From Chiloscyllium plagiosum (taxonomy: Eukaryota): a stretch of 64,000 bases of DNA. The notes beneath the pieces were generated by a model. The model saw only the letters and a list, made by a program, of their open reading frames with translations, searched no databases and was not told where the DNA came from. The stretch spans positions 79,888,361 through 79,952,360 of the forward strand of contig NC_057711.1 in the NCBI RefSeq assembly GCF_004010195.1, given 5' to 3'. The position numbers and the translations under genes were made by a program. Positions 13,600 through 26,006 of the stretch are shown here, piece after piece; the stretch's first letter is position 1; each line of letters starts with the position of its first letter.

Positions 13600-14300
13600 T
13601 GATGCATTTTTCTAGGAAGAATCGAAAGGCCATATGTTATTTGAATAATGTCAGTCCCAGTGGAGAAAGAAGCAAAGGGATTTCAGAGACAGGTCACTAA
13701 GTGTTGTGTGATAGGTGAGAAAGGCCATAAAAAATAACAAAAAAACCATTTGACTTTACTTCTAGAGAAAGACCTAAGTAATAGTGAAGTCATATTAAGA
13801 TTGATTTGAACCTAAGTTCGAACACAGCCTAGAATATTCTGTGCAGTTCAGATTTCTGTATGATAAAGAGGATATAGTGGTATTAGAGAGAGTGCAGAGA
13901 AGACTTACAAGGTTGATATCTGAAATATTTTGGAAAAACATATCAAAAAAGATTTGACAGACTGGCTCGCTTTCCTCTTGAAAAAGGATGGCTGAAAAGT
14001 AACCTTATAAAGGTTTTAAAAATTATGAAATGTTTTGATCGAGCGAATACAGAGAGGATATATCCTCTTGTTGGGAAAAGCCTAACCAGAGGCCATCAAT
14101 ATCAGATAGCCAGCAAGGTCAGACGAAAGCTCTTTACCCAGAGTAGTAAATGTAATTTACAACAGTTCAAAAGTATCTGGATTGATACATGAATAGGAAG
14201 GGTTTAGAAGGATATGGCCACATGCTTGCAAATGAATCTAGATCAGTTGGCATGGATGAGTTGAACCAAAGGGTCTATTTCCATGCTGTACAACTCTAAT
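13600..14300 (+). mobile_element. Old CR1 fragments
   Basis: Degenerate LEYSVQF / LERVQRRLTRLI coding, followed by CR1 3' UTR (atgaataggaagggtttaga). Confidence 0.7.
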
Positions 14301-14349
14301 TTGGCTGGTGCAGGGATGGTTGAAGTGAGTATTGTGGATGCATTTGGAT

Positions 14350-14661
14350 TTGACTAGATTCCCTACAGTGTGGAAACAGGCCCTTTGGCCCAACCAGTCC
14401 TCACTGACCCTCCTAAGAGTAACCCACCCAGACCCATTTCCCTCTGACTAATGGACCTAACACTACTGGCAATTTAGCATGGCCAATTCAGCTTTTTGCA
14501 CATCTTTGGATTGTGGGAGGAAACTGGAGCATCCAAAGGAAACCCACACAGATACGGGGAGAACATGCAACCTCCACACAGACAGTCGCCCGAGGCTGGA
14601 ATTGAACCTAGCTCCCTGGCGCTGTGAGGCAGCAGTGCTAACCACTGAGCCAACGTGTTGC
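14350..14661 (-). mobile_element. HE1-type V-SINE, near full length
   Basis: Reverse-complement A box (ctaaccactgagcca), B box (gaattgaacc) and V domain. Confidence 0.9.
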
Positions 14662-14679
14662 CCCAAAGGCTGTGAACTG

Positions 14680-14862
14680 ATGGGTTTTTTCCCAACAATT
14701 GGCAAATGACTCTTAATCATCATTAGATTCTTAATTCCAGAATTTTACTGAATACAAATTCCACCATCTGCCATGGCGGGATTCGAACCCAGGTCCTCAG
14801 AGTGTGACCTGGATCTCTAGATTAACAGTCCAGCGATAATACCACTCAGCCATTGCGTCCTC
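14680..14862 (-). mobile_element. tRNA-derived SINE (second family), 5' part
   Basis: B box ggttcgaatcc on the minus strand; homologous to 30830-31160 and 45740-45970. Confidence 0.75.
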
Positions 14863-15155
14863 CTTCTAGGTAAAGATAATTGTTTGGGGAGAAGGGAATA
14901 GATGATTATCATGGTAGATTTAGTTGGGACCAATGATCCATCTGAGAATAGGGAAACAATAAGAACAGGAAAAAGAAATGAGAAGTCAGTGATAAGAGTT
15001 CTGTACCAGAAACTTAAAATTGAGTCGATTGAAAGTGAATCTGTGTGTAAAAGCTAGTAAATAAGACAATAGAATGTGGAAAATTAAATCAATGTACATC
15101 AAAATATGGAGGTCAATGGATAAATGAAGAGATTAAAAACTAAACTTTAAAGAAA

Positions 15156-15585
15156 TCAACAATAACTTGCATTTATAATGTCTGACTCACAACCATAGAT
15201 TATGTTGAAACACATTACAGCTAATGAAGTAATTTTGGATTGTACTATAAGACAGAAAACACAGCTTGCACAGAGCAAGCACCCACAAACTGTAATGTAA
15301 TAATGACTGTGTAATTTGTTTCTGTTGTTGATTGAGGGATAAATATTGGCTAGGAAGCCAGGGAGAACATTGCTCTTTTTTTTCAAAATAGTGACATGGG
15401 ATTATATATGTGCACTCTATAGATCCGACAGGGTCTTGATTTAAATCCCCATCTGAGAGACAGCAGAGCACTCCGTCAGTGCTTACTCGAGCGTCAGCCT
15501 TGATTTTCTGTCTTAGACTTGCCATGGAACCTGAGGTTACAACCCTCTGAACCAAAGCTGGGAGTGTGACCTATTTAGGCACAGA
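15156..15585 (-). mobile_element. Old Deu-domain SINE (SacSINE1/AmnSINE-like)
   Basis: Homologous in reverse to 41312-41352 plus 42222-42580 (aggctgacgctcgagtaagcactgacggagtgct; tatataaatgcaagt-like tail). Confidence 0.65.
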
Positions 15586-16005
15586 TGTCATGGCAACCTG
15601 ATAATATTGAGCTTTACACTTCTATATTCTTCAAGATTATTCTTACTTGATACAAGAGAAAATGAAAATTAGAGCAACCTGCTGGGAATATAACAAAAAC
15701 GAAGCTGACAATATGAAAATAAATAGTAACGGCTTATACAAAGTATAAACGGTTAAAAAAAAGGTTGAATTGTAGGCCCACTGGTGCATGAAAGATTTGA
15801 CAGTTAATTGAGGAGGGTGAAATATTGCTTAGTTTTACAAATGATGGTGGAAATGAGGTTGTGGAACAACAGGGTAATATGATGGGTCAGTGGTTAGCAC
15901 TGCTGCCTCACAGTGCCAGGGACCTGGGGGTTGGTACAGACTCAAGAGGCCAAATGGCCTGTTTCCACATTGTTCGGATTCTATGACTCTAATTTGTTGG
16001 AGTTA

Positions 16006-16143
16006 CAAAGTTAAAAATCACCTGATGAAGGAGCGTCGCTCCGAAAGCTAGTGTGCTTCCAATTAAACCTGTTGGACTATAACCTGGTGTTGTGTGATTT
16101 TTAACTTTGTACACCCCAGTCCAACACCGGCATCTCTGAATCA
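16006..16143 (+). mobile_element. 138-bp PLE derivative (AGCU family) with 12-bp TSD
   Basis: TSD ttgttggagtta at 15994-16005 and 16144-16155; short inverted repeat acaaagttaaaaatcac / gtgatttttaactttgt. Confidence 0.85.
16019..16053 (+). ncRNA. Minimal hammerhead ribozyme motif, intact core
   Basis: cac-CTGATGA-a-GGAGC gtc GCTCC-GAAA-gc-TA-gtg: stem I cac/gtg, 5-bp stem II, palindromic AGCU. Predicted cleavage after A16050. Confidence 0.75.
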
Positions 16144-18964
16144 TTGTTGGAGTTAGTTGTGGAAAAATAATTCATTCTGAAAGATAGCAAATCTGAATTT
16201 GCATGTCTTGTATCACAATGCAACACAATGAAAGAAGTCAGAGAAGTTAGCAGAGCCTTTGCATCATTTTAATTTTCTTCTTTAAAAATGCATAACATCC
16301 CACGACACTGAGCAAGACCAATATAATTATTAAGAAGGCAGAGAAAGATAGACTGGGTAACCAGAATATGTATACATTGATATCAGCGGTGTAGAAACAA
16401 CAGTGGATATCGTGTTGGGGTCACATGCTACACATTTCATTGATTGACTGAGAGGGAAGGAAGGATTCTGGGATAACAGTGTCACCTGGAGAGGTTTGGA
16501 AATTGTATTCCCTGAATATCAATGCTAGGACCGGATCAATTTTAGTTTAAAGTATATAAATCTTTATAATTGCATTAAGGGGTATGTAACCTCTTTATTT
16601 ACTGATGACAGAAACATGGAAGGCTAGCAGAATGATGAGACGGACTATCAAATTAAAGAGTGTCCTGCAGTCAGCAGTGCTGTGAAGCAGTCTGGGAAGA
16701 TTGTCAAATGGTGAAGTGGGATGAAATGAAACTGCTGATTGGGTGAGTAAGGTTGGGTGAGATCAACAAAGAACAAGGAATGCAAAAGAAAAGAATCCTC
16801 GATCTGTGAACTGTAGATGGATAAACCCATAAAGGAGTTCTGTTGAGTTTGGGGCTTTGGAAATTGGGACATCGAGCAAAAGAATAAAGAGGTGATGATG
16901 AACTTATACAAAACATTAGCTCACTTACAATTTGGGATACTGTTGGCATTTTCAGTACCCCATTTATAAATACCATAAAGCCATTGTGTGTGCACAACTT
17001 GGATGCATTTGAGATAACAGAAATATTTGATAATATGAACAAAACTGGAAGGATTTTAGTAAAGGCTTTTCAACATAACAAAAGGACAAAATTTGAGAAG
17101 ATTAAGGGACTGCAGGAATCTTTTTTTTCAGTAAAAATTGATGTGTATAAATATTGATATTTCATTAGGGGTGACATGTTTATTTTGCACATTATTTTTT
17201 TTCTGACTGCCATTTTTACTGTGGGCTTTATCCAGATTATTTTAAATAGGTTACTACCTCTAACATGGTGCCGTTGCATGGTGTGTCATATGAATATGGT
17301 TAACATTGATGTGATCATTTATCAGCTATAAGATTCCACTAATATACAATCATCATTTAAAATTGAAACACATTAATACATTGTAAATATTTTTACATTT
17401 CAATGCTTATATTATTTCCACTATTTGAAACATAGGCAACAATTATCACAAAATAGTTGAAAAGAGAAAGTCAAATACAAATCTTTTCTTTTGTAACTGG
17501 TAGCTGTGTACCTTTTTAATCTCCTTATGTCTCCTTTAAAGTATTTCAGAATTATATGCCCTGTTTCAGGTAGGAAATCTTTGAAGCTTTAAAATTTTTC
17601 ACACATACTTCACATTCTGCTATGGTTGACTGGCAAGAGGTAGATTTTTAGATTGTGCATACACATATATATGGGAACCAAATGCCGATGACATGCACCC
17701 CCAAGCAAGGGAGACCAACAACAGCAACCTAGAGTGTGCACTACTTTCCTGAAGATCAGGCCATTACTCAACACTATCGAAATTGTCTCAAGCACTAAAA
17801 GTACATATCATCCTAATAAGGAAAGTGATGAATACTTTAATACAAAAACATAACCTATAGTCAAGTGCAATTTGCTTCCCAAGTACTCCAAAGTATTATT
17901 CAATAACATGCCAGTAAGATATCTTTCTCTTGCAGTTGATATTGGCAAGATAATATCAATAATATATAAACTCTATATTATAACCAAAAAGTGTTTTAAA
18001 AGAAATCCAATAAATTAATTTTCTGATTATTTATTTAATTGCAATCACCAGGAACAAGGTTTAATGTTCCAATAATTTAATAATCTTTTCACGATTCTTT
18101 CAAATCTAATAGCATTGCAAAACCCATTTGTGACTTCCTCAGATCCCATTTGCTTTGTCTAATTGTTAGTTTTAATGTATTACACTTGACAATGGGATTA
18201 AGGTTAATAGATGTGTTGTCACGCATAGCATGTGGAGAAGGAATTTGATACACAAAATTGCATTTAATGAGCTTAGCAAATGTTTGCCATATTTTTTAAT
18301 GAACCTCAGTGCTGTCATCTAGAGGTGCTTAGCAACGGCTTTTTCATCCTTGAACAGGAAAGAAAAATGGAAGGACGAAAGGTTAACACTTCGGATACTA
18401 TTAACACTTTGTGCACCAATTGTCTACTCACACTGTGATATAAGGATGTGCTAATTTAAATATATATTAGTCATTTGTGTTAGTTTAGGAAAAAAGATAT
18501 AGCTATCTGTAAATTTAGGCAGTGTGGCTATGACCACATATTAAAAGGTTTCTCTCTACTTGTGTTTCTAGATTCCTTTAATCTTCTCATATGAAGCCTG
18601 TTTGAAAATAGAGGTCAGCAGCATTACAGTCTTGCTCTGTTGAACAAGCTGCTGTGAAATAAGAGCTAAGAGAGGTTTATTTTTCTATAGAAAGCAGCTC
18701 TATGTGATCAAAGAAAACAACCATCATTTATATAGTGTCTTCAGAGTGGATAAATATTTCAGGTTGCGCCGTAGAATATAAGGGAAATAAAATAAGCACC
18801 AAATAGAAGAGACCAAAAAACTGCAGAAGCTGTAGAGCATGAAGAGTCACTGGAGTCAGAAGGTAACTCTGCTTTCATCCCACATTTGCTGGCAGACCTG
18901 TTGAGTTTTTCCAGCAACTTCTGCTTTTCTACCAAGTTAATGAAAGAGTCATTGAGTTGGTTCT

Positions 18965-19800
18965 TACAAAATGAAAACATAAAGTGCTGGAGAAACTCAG
19001 GTCTGGCAGCATCTGCAGATGAAAAACAAAGTTAATGTTTCGAGTCCCATGACGCTTGGTCGGAAGTGAAAATAGCAAAAAAGATGGGAAAGGGTGGTAT
19101 TTACACTGATGACAGAGTGGGGCAGGTGGGTGAGTAGGTGTTCATGTTCTGAAATTGTTATTGAGTCCTGAGGGCTGTAAGGTACCTAGGCAGAAGATGA
19201 CATATTGTTCTTCCAGCTTGTGCTGAACATGGCTGGAAATCTGCACAAAGCCTGAGGTAGAAATGTTGGTGTGGAATCACATAGTGTGTAGAAGTGGTAG
19301 GCAATTGGAAACTCAGTGTCACTTTTACAGACAGACCATGAGTGTTCAGCAAAATGGTCACCCAATCTATGTTTCATTTCCACAATGTAAAGTGGTCCAC
19401 ATTGTGAGGAGTGAATAGATTGAATGAAGTGCAGGTAAATCACCTGAAAGGTGTGACTGGGGCCTTGGATAGTGAGGAGAGAGGAAACAAACATGCAGTG
19501 TTGTATCTTCTGCAATTGCATGGAAAGATGCTGTGTGGGTTTGGGAAGGGTTTGGGAATGGAGGAGGAGTGGATCAGGGTGTCCCAGAGAGAACAATCGC
19601 TGCAGAAGGCTGACAAGGGAGGGGAGGTATGTCTGGTGGTGGCATCCTGTTTGAGGTGAAGGGAATGGTGGCTAATGATCCTTTGGATACGGAAGTTGGT
19701 GGGGTGGTAAGTGAGTAATGGGTGACTCATTGTAGGGGAGGTAAGGGGTGAGCGCGGAAGTGTGGGAGATGGGTTGGACACAGCTAAGGGCCCTGTCAAC
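18965..19800 (-). mobile_element. Decayed PLE (C-terminal region, GIY-YIG, 3' end)
   Basis: Minus-strand CGPLYIVEMKHRLGDHFAEH..PIAYHF and LLTYHPTNFRIQRII..LKQDATTRH. Confidence 0.75.
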
Positions 19801-19819
19801 CATGGTGCTCTTGAACCTC

Positions 19820-20180
19820 TTTTTGAGAGAAACGTTCTAACAGGACTAAATATGGTAAATGTGGGAAAGATGGTCTTGATGACCAGTGAGTTCAGAACTG
19901 AGGGTCATAATCTAAGGATACAGGCCAGGCCATTTAGGACAGAGAAAAGGAGAAATTTCTTCACTCAGAAAGTGGTAAGTCTGCAGAATTCTTTGTCACA
20001 GGAAATGGTTTGAGGCCAATACATTTAAATATTTTCAAGGAAGGTATAGAAATAGTTCTAAGGCCAGAAGGATCAAATGGTATGTGGTAAAAGCGATCGG
20101 ATGATCTGCCATGATCATATCCAATGGTGAAGCAGGCTCGAGGGCTGAATGGCAATGCCTGTTGCTATTTTCTATATTTC
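19820..20180 (+). mobile_element. CR1 3' fragment
   Basis: RTEGHNLRIQARPFRTEKRRNFFTQKVV..NSL. Confidence 0.8.
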
Positions 20181-20224
20181 TAGTAAGAGGCAATCCCATC
20201 CAACAAAGGAGAGCTCCCAGCATT

Positions 20225-20815
20225 GAATCATAGAGTCATACAGTCATAGAGATGTACAGTATGGAAACAGACCCTTTGCTTCAACGTGGCCATGTCAACC
20301 ACATATGCTAGATTAATCTAGTCCCATTTGCCAGCATTTGGCCCATATCCCTCAAAACCCTTCCTATTCATATATCTATCCAGACACCTTTTAAATGTTA
20401 TACAAGGAACAAGAACAATATAGCACAGCAACATGCCCTTTTGCCACATACCACCAACCCTGTGCTGATCCATTTTGCCCTTGTAAGCTAAAACTGTCTT
20501 CATTTACAGGATCTGTATCCCTCTATTCCCTTCCATGTATTCATCAAGGCGTTTCTTTAATTCTACTATTGTGTCTGCTTCCACCGCTTCCTCTGGCAGC
20601 TCATTTCATACACGCACCACCTTCTGCATAAGAAAATTGACCCTTAGGTCCCTTGTAAATCTTTCCCCCTCACCTTAAACCTATGTCCTCTAGTTTTGGA
20701 CACCCCTGCCCTGGGGAAAAGACTGAGGCTATGTACTCCATCCATGCACCTCATGATTTTATAAACCTCCACAAGGTCACCCCTCAGCCTCCAAAGCTCC
20801 AGGGAAAATAGCCCC
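20225..20815 (-). mobile_element. CR1 3' fragments (two subfamily tails joined)
   Basis: catagagtcata tail; second agaacaata-type tail at ~20405; homology to 3000-3360. Confidence 0.8.
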
Positions 20816-21534
20816 ATTGTATAAAACCTATCAGATAAGAAAGTGGAGTCATCCTTTTACCGGCAGCTTTTTAGAACTGAGTAATATCGCAGCTACTGAC
20901 AGTTAATGAAACTTTAACTAAAACAAAGCCAGAAACAAGAAGCATGTCACTGTGAATTCATTGCCAAAAACATCAACCCCACCCCCATTATTCTTCAATG
21001 AACAAAAATGGAATTCCAAATCACCTTTTCTTGGATGTGTTTCTTGTCTGAATAAGTGAGTTGGTGCATTTATGCAGATTTTGCGTGTTGAGAAACAAAC
21101 ATTTATTGTAATTTAAATTTGTGCCTTACTTGTGAGTCACAGCACTCAAGCAAGTTAAAGCACCACTTCTTTAAAAGCCATCTCATTGTGGTCAGTTGAA
21201 AGGTGCTAAAACTGGGAAGATCCTGCCATCTCTCCTATATCCATTACAGATTCCTAAGAGGGCATTGTTTTAATTTGAGACGTGCTGTGGAAACCGACTT
21301 CATCGACAGGCAAATCTTTTCATTGTGTGTCATGCCTTACTATGTAGAAGCTGAAGGGGGGTCAAGAACAGGGGATAGCATCTGATCCTCGACACCAGAG
21401 TGGGGATAGGGTTAGGGTGTGTCTGATCCTTAACACAGGTTGGGGTGGATTCTAATCCTAATCTGGAGGCAAGGTGGGGGAGAGATGGGTGGAGATGTGA
21501 TCTGTTAAGGAAATTTTTCTGGGGCTGGTGGAAC

Positions 21535-22205
21535 TAGGAGAAAGTAAAGACTGCAGAGACAGAGTTGATAAAGTGTGGCGCTGGAAAAAGCACAGCAGGT
21601 CAGGCAGCATCTGAAGAGCAAGAGAGTTGACCTTTTGGGCATAGCCTTTCTTCAGGACTGGGGAGGGAAATTGGGGTTGAGGAATAAATCGTGGGATGGG
21701 GCTAAGGAAAGGTAGGGGGGATGGCAATAGGTGGATGAAGGTAAGAGGTGATAGTTTTAGGTTGTTGGAAGTGTGGAGCAGAAAGCTGGGAAGGAGGATG
21801 GACAGGTAGGTCAGGTCAAGAGGGCGGTAGCAAGTCAGAGGGTTGGATCTGGGAATGCGGTATGGGGAGGGGAGAGTTGGAAATTGGTGAATTTAGTGTT
21901 GAGGCTATGTGGTTGTAGGGTCCCCAGGGGGATGATGCGCTGTTCCTCCTCCCGTTTGTGGGTTGCCTTGTGTAGGTGGTGGAGGAGGTCCAGGATGGGC
22001 ATGTCATCGGGGGAGTAGGGCAGAGAGTTGAAATGGATGGCTACAATAAGTTGGGGTTGGTTGGTGCATACGGACCAGAGATGTTCCCTGAACCATACCA
22101 CGAGTTTGCACTCGGTATCTCCAATGTAGAGGAGACCATATCTAGAGCAACAGATGCAGTAAATGAGGTTTGAGGATATAGAAGTACATCTCTGTTGGAT
22201 TTGGA
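21535..22205 (-). mobile_element. Decayed PLE GIY-YIG region and pLTR
   Basis: FREHL..VAIHFNS..LGTLQPHSLNTKFTNF; degenerate hammerhead on the minus strand at ~21625-21660 (gtcCTGAAGAaaggctatgcccaaaaggtc). Confidence 0.8.
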
Positions 22206-22966
22206 ATGGCGAGGATATCCTGCCAGTGCATTAAAATATTTAAATGATCAATCCAACCTCTTGATCCTTTGTCCAGCTACTGTGAAATTTATGTTCTTAA
22301 CCTGGCACCTGACCTCCAAAGTCACATGTTTGAAAGGTGATAGTGATGATTAAGATTCAGCCTAACATTTTGAAGCTTGTGAACTTTCATATCCAGTACA
22401 CGTATAGTGTGAGCTAATAATATGCTGGACCATGAATCTATAATGGGGATAAATATATAAAATTGGTTTACTCCCTACTATTAATTAAGAATTGTCATTT
22501 TTTTTTGTGAACCTAATAGGGAGTCTCTGGGCTAATAGGTTGCTCTACCTATATTTTTAGAATTGCAATATGCATTCTAATTTTGACTCAGGCATGTCTT
22601 TCAGAATCTACTTTATTTTACTAAACTATAGCTTAATTGTGACATAATTTCACTGACCGCTGATGTTTCTTTGATCACAGGGTGTTCAATTTACTTTAAT
22701 TATATTTTTAGCTGCCTTGTCTGGAACAAGAGTTATGTTTCAAATACATTTCCACAGTTATGAAGTACACATACAAATGAATTAAAATGGCTCAAATTGT
22801 GGGGAAGAACTCCATTAGTAGTAAATAGGGTCCTACATGAAGGTTTGCTGTTAATCATTTGCTGGTGCCAGTGGAGTGGGTCAGTGTGCAGAGAAACAGG
22901 CCATCAATGCAGAATATGATGTGTAGAATATCTATATGACCTGGAATTCATAAGGTGGTAACACCT

Positions 22967-22980
22967 GTTGCCATAGCAAC
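22967..22980. promoter_or_regulatory. RFX X-box motif
   Basis: GTTGCCATAGCAAC matches the GTNRCC-N(0-3)-RGYAAC consensus and lies in non-repetitive sequence. Confidence 0.55.
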
Positions 22981-23849
22981 AATGTATTTGAGGCATCTAA
23001 GAGACTGCTGAGATTTCGATCAGGTCTTTCAACTGAGGAAATAATTTGAGAAAGCTGATGACAAGTTCTGGCTCATACAGGATCTATGTTCAGGCCATCA
23101 CCCGACGTTACAGGATTCCTCCTAAAGGTTAGACTGATGAAAAATATTGCTTCTCGAGCCTTTGCTGCATACACAAAGCTTATCACAGAGCGGGTCAAAA
23201 GCAGCTAGCTTTTCTTTTCAGACAATAATATCTTGTATTTATTGTCAAGGACATATACTGTACTTGAAGCTGTGCTTTCTTTTTAAATAAAAATAAATTG
23301 GCAAGCTTGTGGAGTGATATAATTTTCTTTATTCACTCTAAAAGCAATTAGGTTGAAAGAATTTGCTGACAATTGCTCTTTCTCCTGGTGATACTTCTGC
23401 TATGTTTCCTGTATATTGATTGATTGAATTAGTGTGTACTAACATGGAGAGCAAGCTAATAAACATACCATTGCTTTGCTTCAAGGACACTAATGGATTG
23501 ATGTGGAAAATACAGTCGTTTGGAGAATTTAGTTGAAGATCATTGAAGGGAACACTGTAGTGTAAAGGGTTAACTGTGCCAATGCTTTAACAGTAGCTAC
23601 TGAGCATATGTGTAAGGAGCTACATTTAGATGATGTCAGATTGCATGGGACTGACACCTGATGGAAAAATATACTGGTTCTACCTGCTCTGCCTTGCTTC
23701 TTTATATGTTCTATAGTTAACAAGTGTTCTAGTTTCTACTAACTTTGCACTCAGTTCTCATATATTTCAAGGTCCTATAAACTGCTAACAATATTTTCAC
23801 AGGCAACAAACAGGTTGTGAGTAGACCGAGGAAACATTGATAAGTAATT

Positions 23850-24370
23850 AAGAAAACCTGAGGAGATGGCCAGCAGTCCAGTGACCACCAAAGAACTGAT
23901 GTGGAGTATAAAAACAGGGAAACCTTGCAAAATCTATAAAAATGCTAATTAGATTGCAGCTGGAATAATGTGAACAGTTTTGATCCCCTTATGTAAGGAA
24001 AGGTATGGTAATATTGGATACAGTCCAGAGAAGGTTTATTACGTTAATCTCAGATATGGAGAGATTTGCTTATGAGGAGAGGTTGTGTAGGTTGAGATTG
24101 TTCTCATTGGAGTTTAGAAGAATGAGAGGTGACATTACTGAATGATAGAAGATTCTTCTTGGTCTTGAGAGGAGATGTTGAGAAGTTGCTCCCCTTGTAG
24201 AAATAGAGACCCTGATCTCAGAAAAGCTGGTTGCCAATTTAGGACAGAGATGAAGAAGAATTGCTTCTCCCAGAGAATGGTGAATCTGTATAATTCTTTA
24301 CCATATTGGAAGGAAGATGTTGGGTCATTAAAAATTTTCAAGACTGAAAGAAACAAATTTTAATCAATGA
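23850..24370 (+). mobile_element. Old CR1 fragment
   Basis: FRTEMKKNCFSQRMVNLYNSLP..FKTE. Confidence 0.75.
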
Positions 24371-24558
24371 GTTTCTCCAGCAATTTCTGCTTTTGTTTCA
24401 GATTTCCTGCACCCGCAGTTCTTTTTTTTTGTCTTATTAATGTCCACATCATTTAGTTTCTCACCCGAATGGAAAGAGTAAGTGTAAAGATTTTATGAGT
24501 GACATGCAAACTTAATGGTGATGTACTAGATCTAAAAAGTACTGTCAATGTGCCAGAT

Positions 24559-25395
24559 TTTGATGTGAACATAGGAGGCATAGTTAGTCAGTTTGCAGAT
24601 GATACAAAAATTGGAGGTGTAGTGGACAGCAAAGAAGGTTACCTCAGAGAACAACGGGATCTTGATCAGATGGGCCAATGGACTGAGTGGCAGATGGAGT
24701 TTAATTTAGATAAGTGCAAGGTGCTGCATTTTGGAAAAGCAAATCTTTATGCAATTAATGGTAAGGTCCCAGGGAGCATTGCTGAACAAAGAGACCTTGA
24801 AGTGCAGGTTCATAGTTCCTTGAAAGTAGAGTTGCACGTAGATAGAATAGTGAAGGACGCATTTGGTATGCTTTCTTTTATTGGTCAGACCATTGAGTAT
24901 AGGAGTGGGGTGGTCATGTTGCAGCTGTACAGGACATTGGTAAGGCCACTTTTGGAATATTGTGTGCAATTCTGGTCTCCTTCCTATCAGAAGGATGTTA
25001 TGAAACTTGAAAGGGTTCAGAAAAGATTTACACGGATGTTGCCAGGGTTGGAGAATTTGAGCTACCAGGAGAGGCTGTATAGGCTGGGCTGTTTTCCCTG
25101 GAGCCTAGGAGGCATGAGGGGTGTCCTTATTGAGGTTTATAAAATCACAAGGGGAATGGATGGGTCTTTTCCCTGGGATGGGGGAGTCCAGAACTGGAGG
25201 GCATAGGTTTAGGGTGAATGGAGAAAAATATAAAAGGGACCTAAGGGGCAACCTTTTCACGTAGAGGGTGGTGAATGTATGAAATGAGCTGCCATAGGAA
25301 GTGGTGGAGGTTGGTACAATTACAGCATTTAAAAGGCATCTAGATGGGCATATGAATAGGAAGGGTTTAGAGAGATATTGGCCAAGTGCTGGTAA
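24559..25395 (+). mobile_element. CR1 LINE RT C-terminal fragment
   Basis: [42 protein letters not shown]. Confidence 0.95.
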
Positions 25396-25840
25396 ATAGA
25401 ACATAGAGAACATAGAACATAGAACAATACAGCACAGAACAGGCCCTTCGGCCCACGATGTTGTGCCGAACATTTGTCCTAGCTTAAGCACCCATCCATG
25501 TACCTATCCAATTGCCGCTTAAAGGTCGCCAATGATTCTGACTCTGCCACTCCCACAGGCAGCGCATTCCATGCCCCCACCACTCTCTGGGTAAAGAACC
25601 TGCCCCTGACATCCCCCCATACCTTCCATCCTTCACCTTAAATTTATGTCCCCTTGTAACACTCTGTTGTACCCGGGGAAAAAGTCTCTGTCTACTCTAT
25701 CTATTCCCCTGATCATCTTATAAACCTCTATCAAGTCACCCCTCATCCTTCACCATTCCAATGAGAAAAGGTCTAGCACTCTCAACCTATCCTCGTACGA
25801 CCTATTCTCCATTCCAGGCATCATCCTGTTAAATCTCCTC
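25396..25840 (-). mobile_element. CR1 3' fragment of another subfamily, inserted in opposite orientation
   Basis: (agaacat)n tail at 25398-25425; homologous to 3850-4270 in reverse. Confidence 0.85.
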
Positions 25841-25872
25841 TCTCACTCTATCACTCTATAACTGCCTGTGTT

Positions 25873-26006
25873 ATAGAGTCATAGAGATGTACAGCATGGA
25901 AACAGATCCTTGGTCCAACCCGTCCGTGCCGACCAGAAATCCCAACCCAATCTAATCCCACCTGCCAGCATCCAGCCCATATTCCTCCAAACCCTTCCTA
26001 TCCATG
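25873..26006 (-). mobile_element. CR1/HER1 3' UTR fragment
   Basis: atagagtcatagagatgtacagcatggaaacag tail motif shared with 20231 and 33788. Confidence 0.85.

Noticed and set aside
14760..14860. tRNA gene
   Set aside because: A/B boxes run into a repeated SINE body and no complete cloverleaf is apparent.
24499..25206. Longest ORF (235 aa) as a host gene
   Set aside because: It is a truncated, frameshifted CR1 RT fragment.
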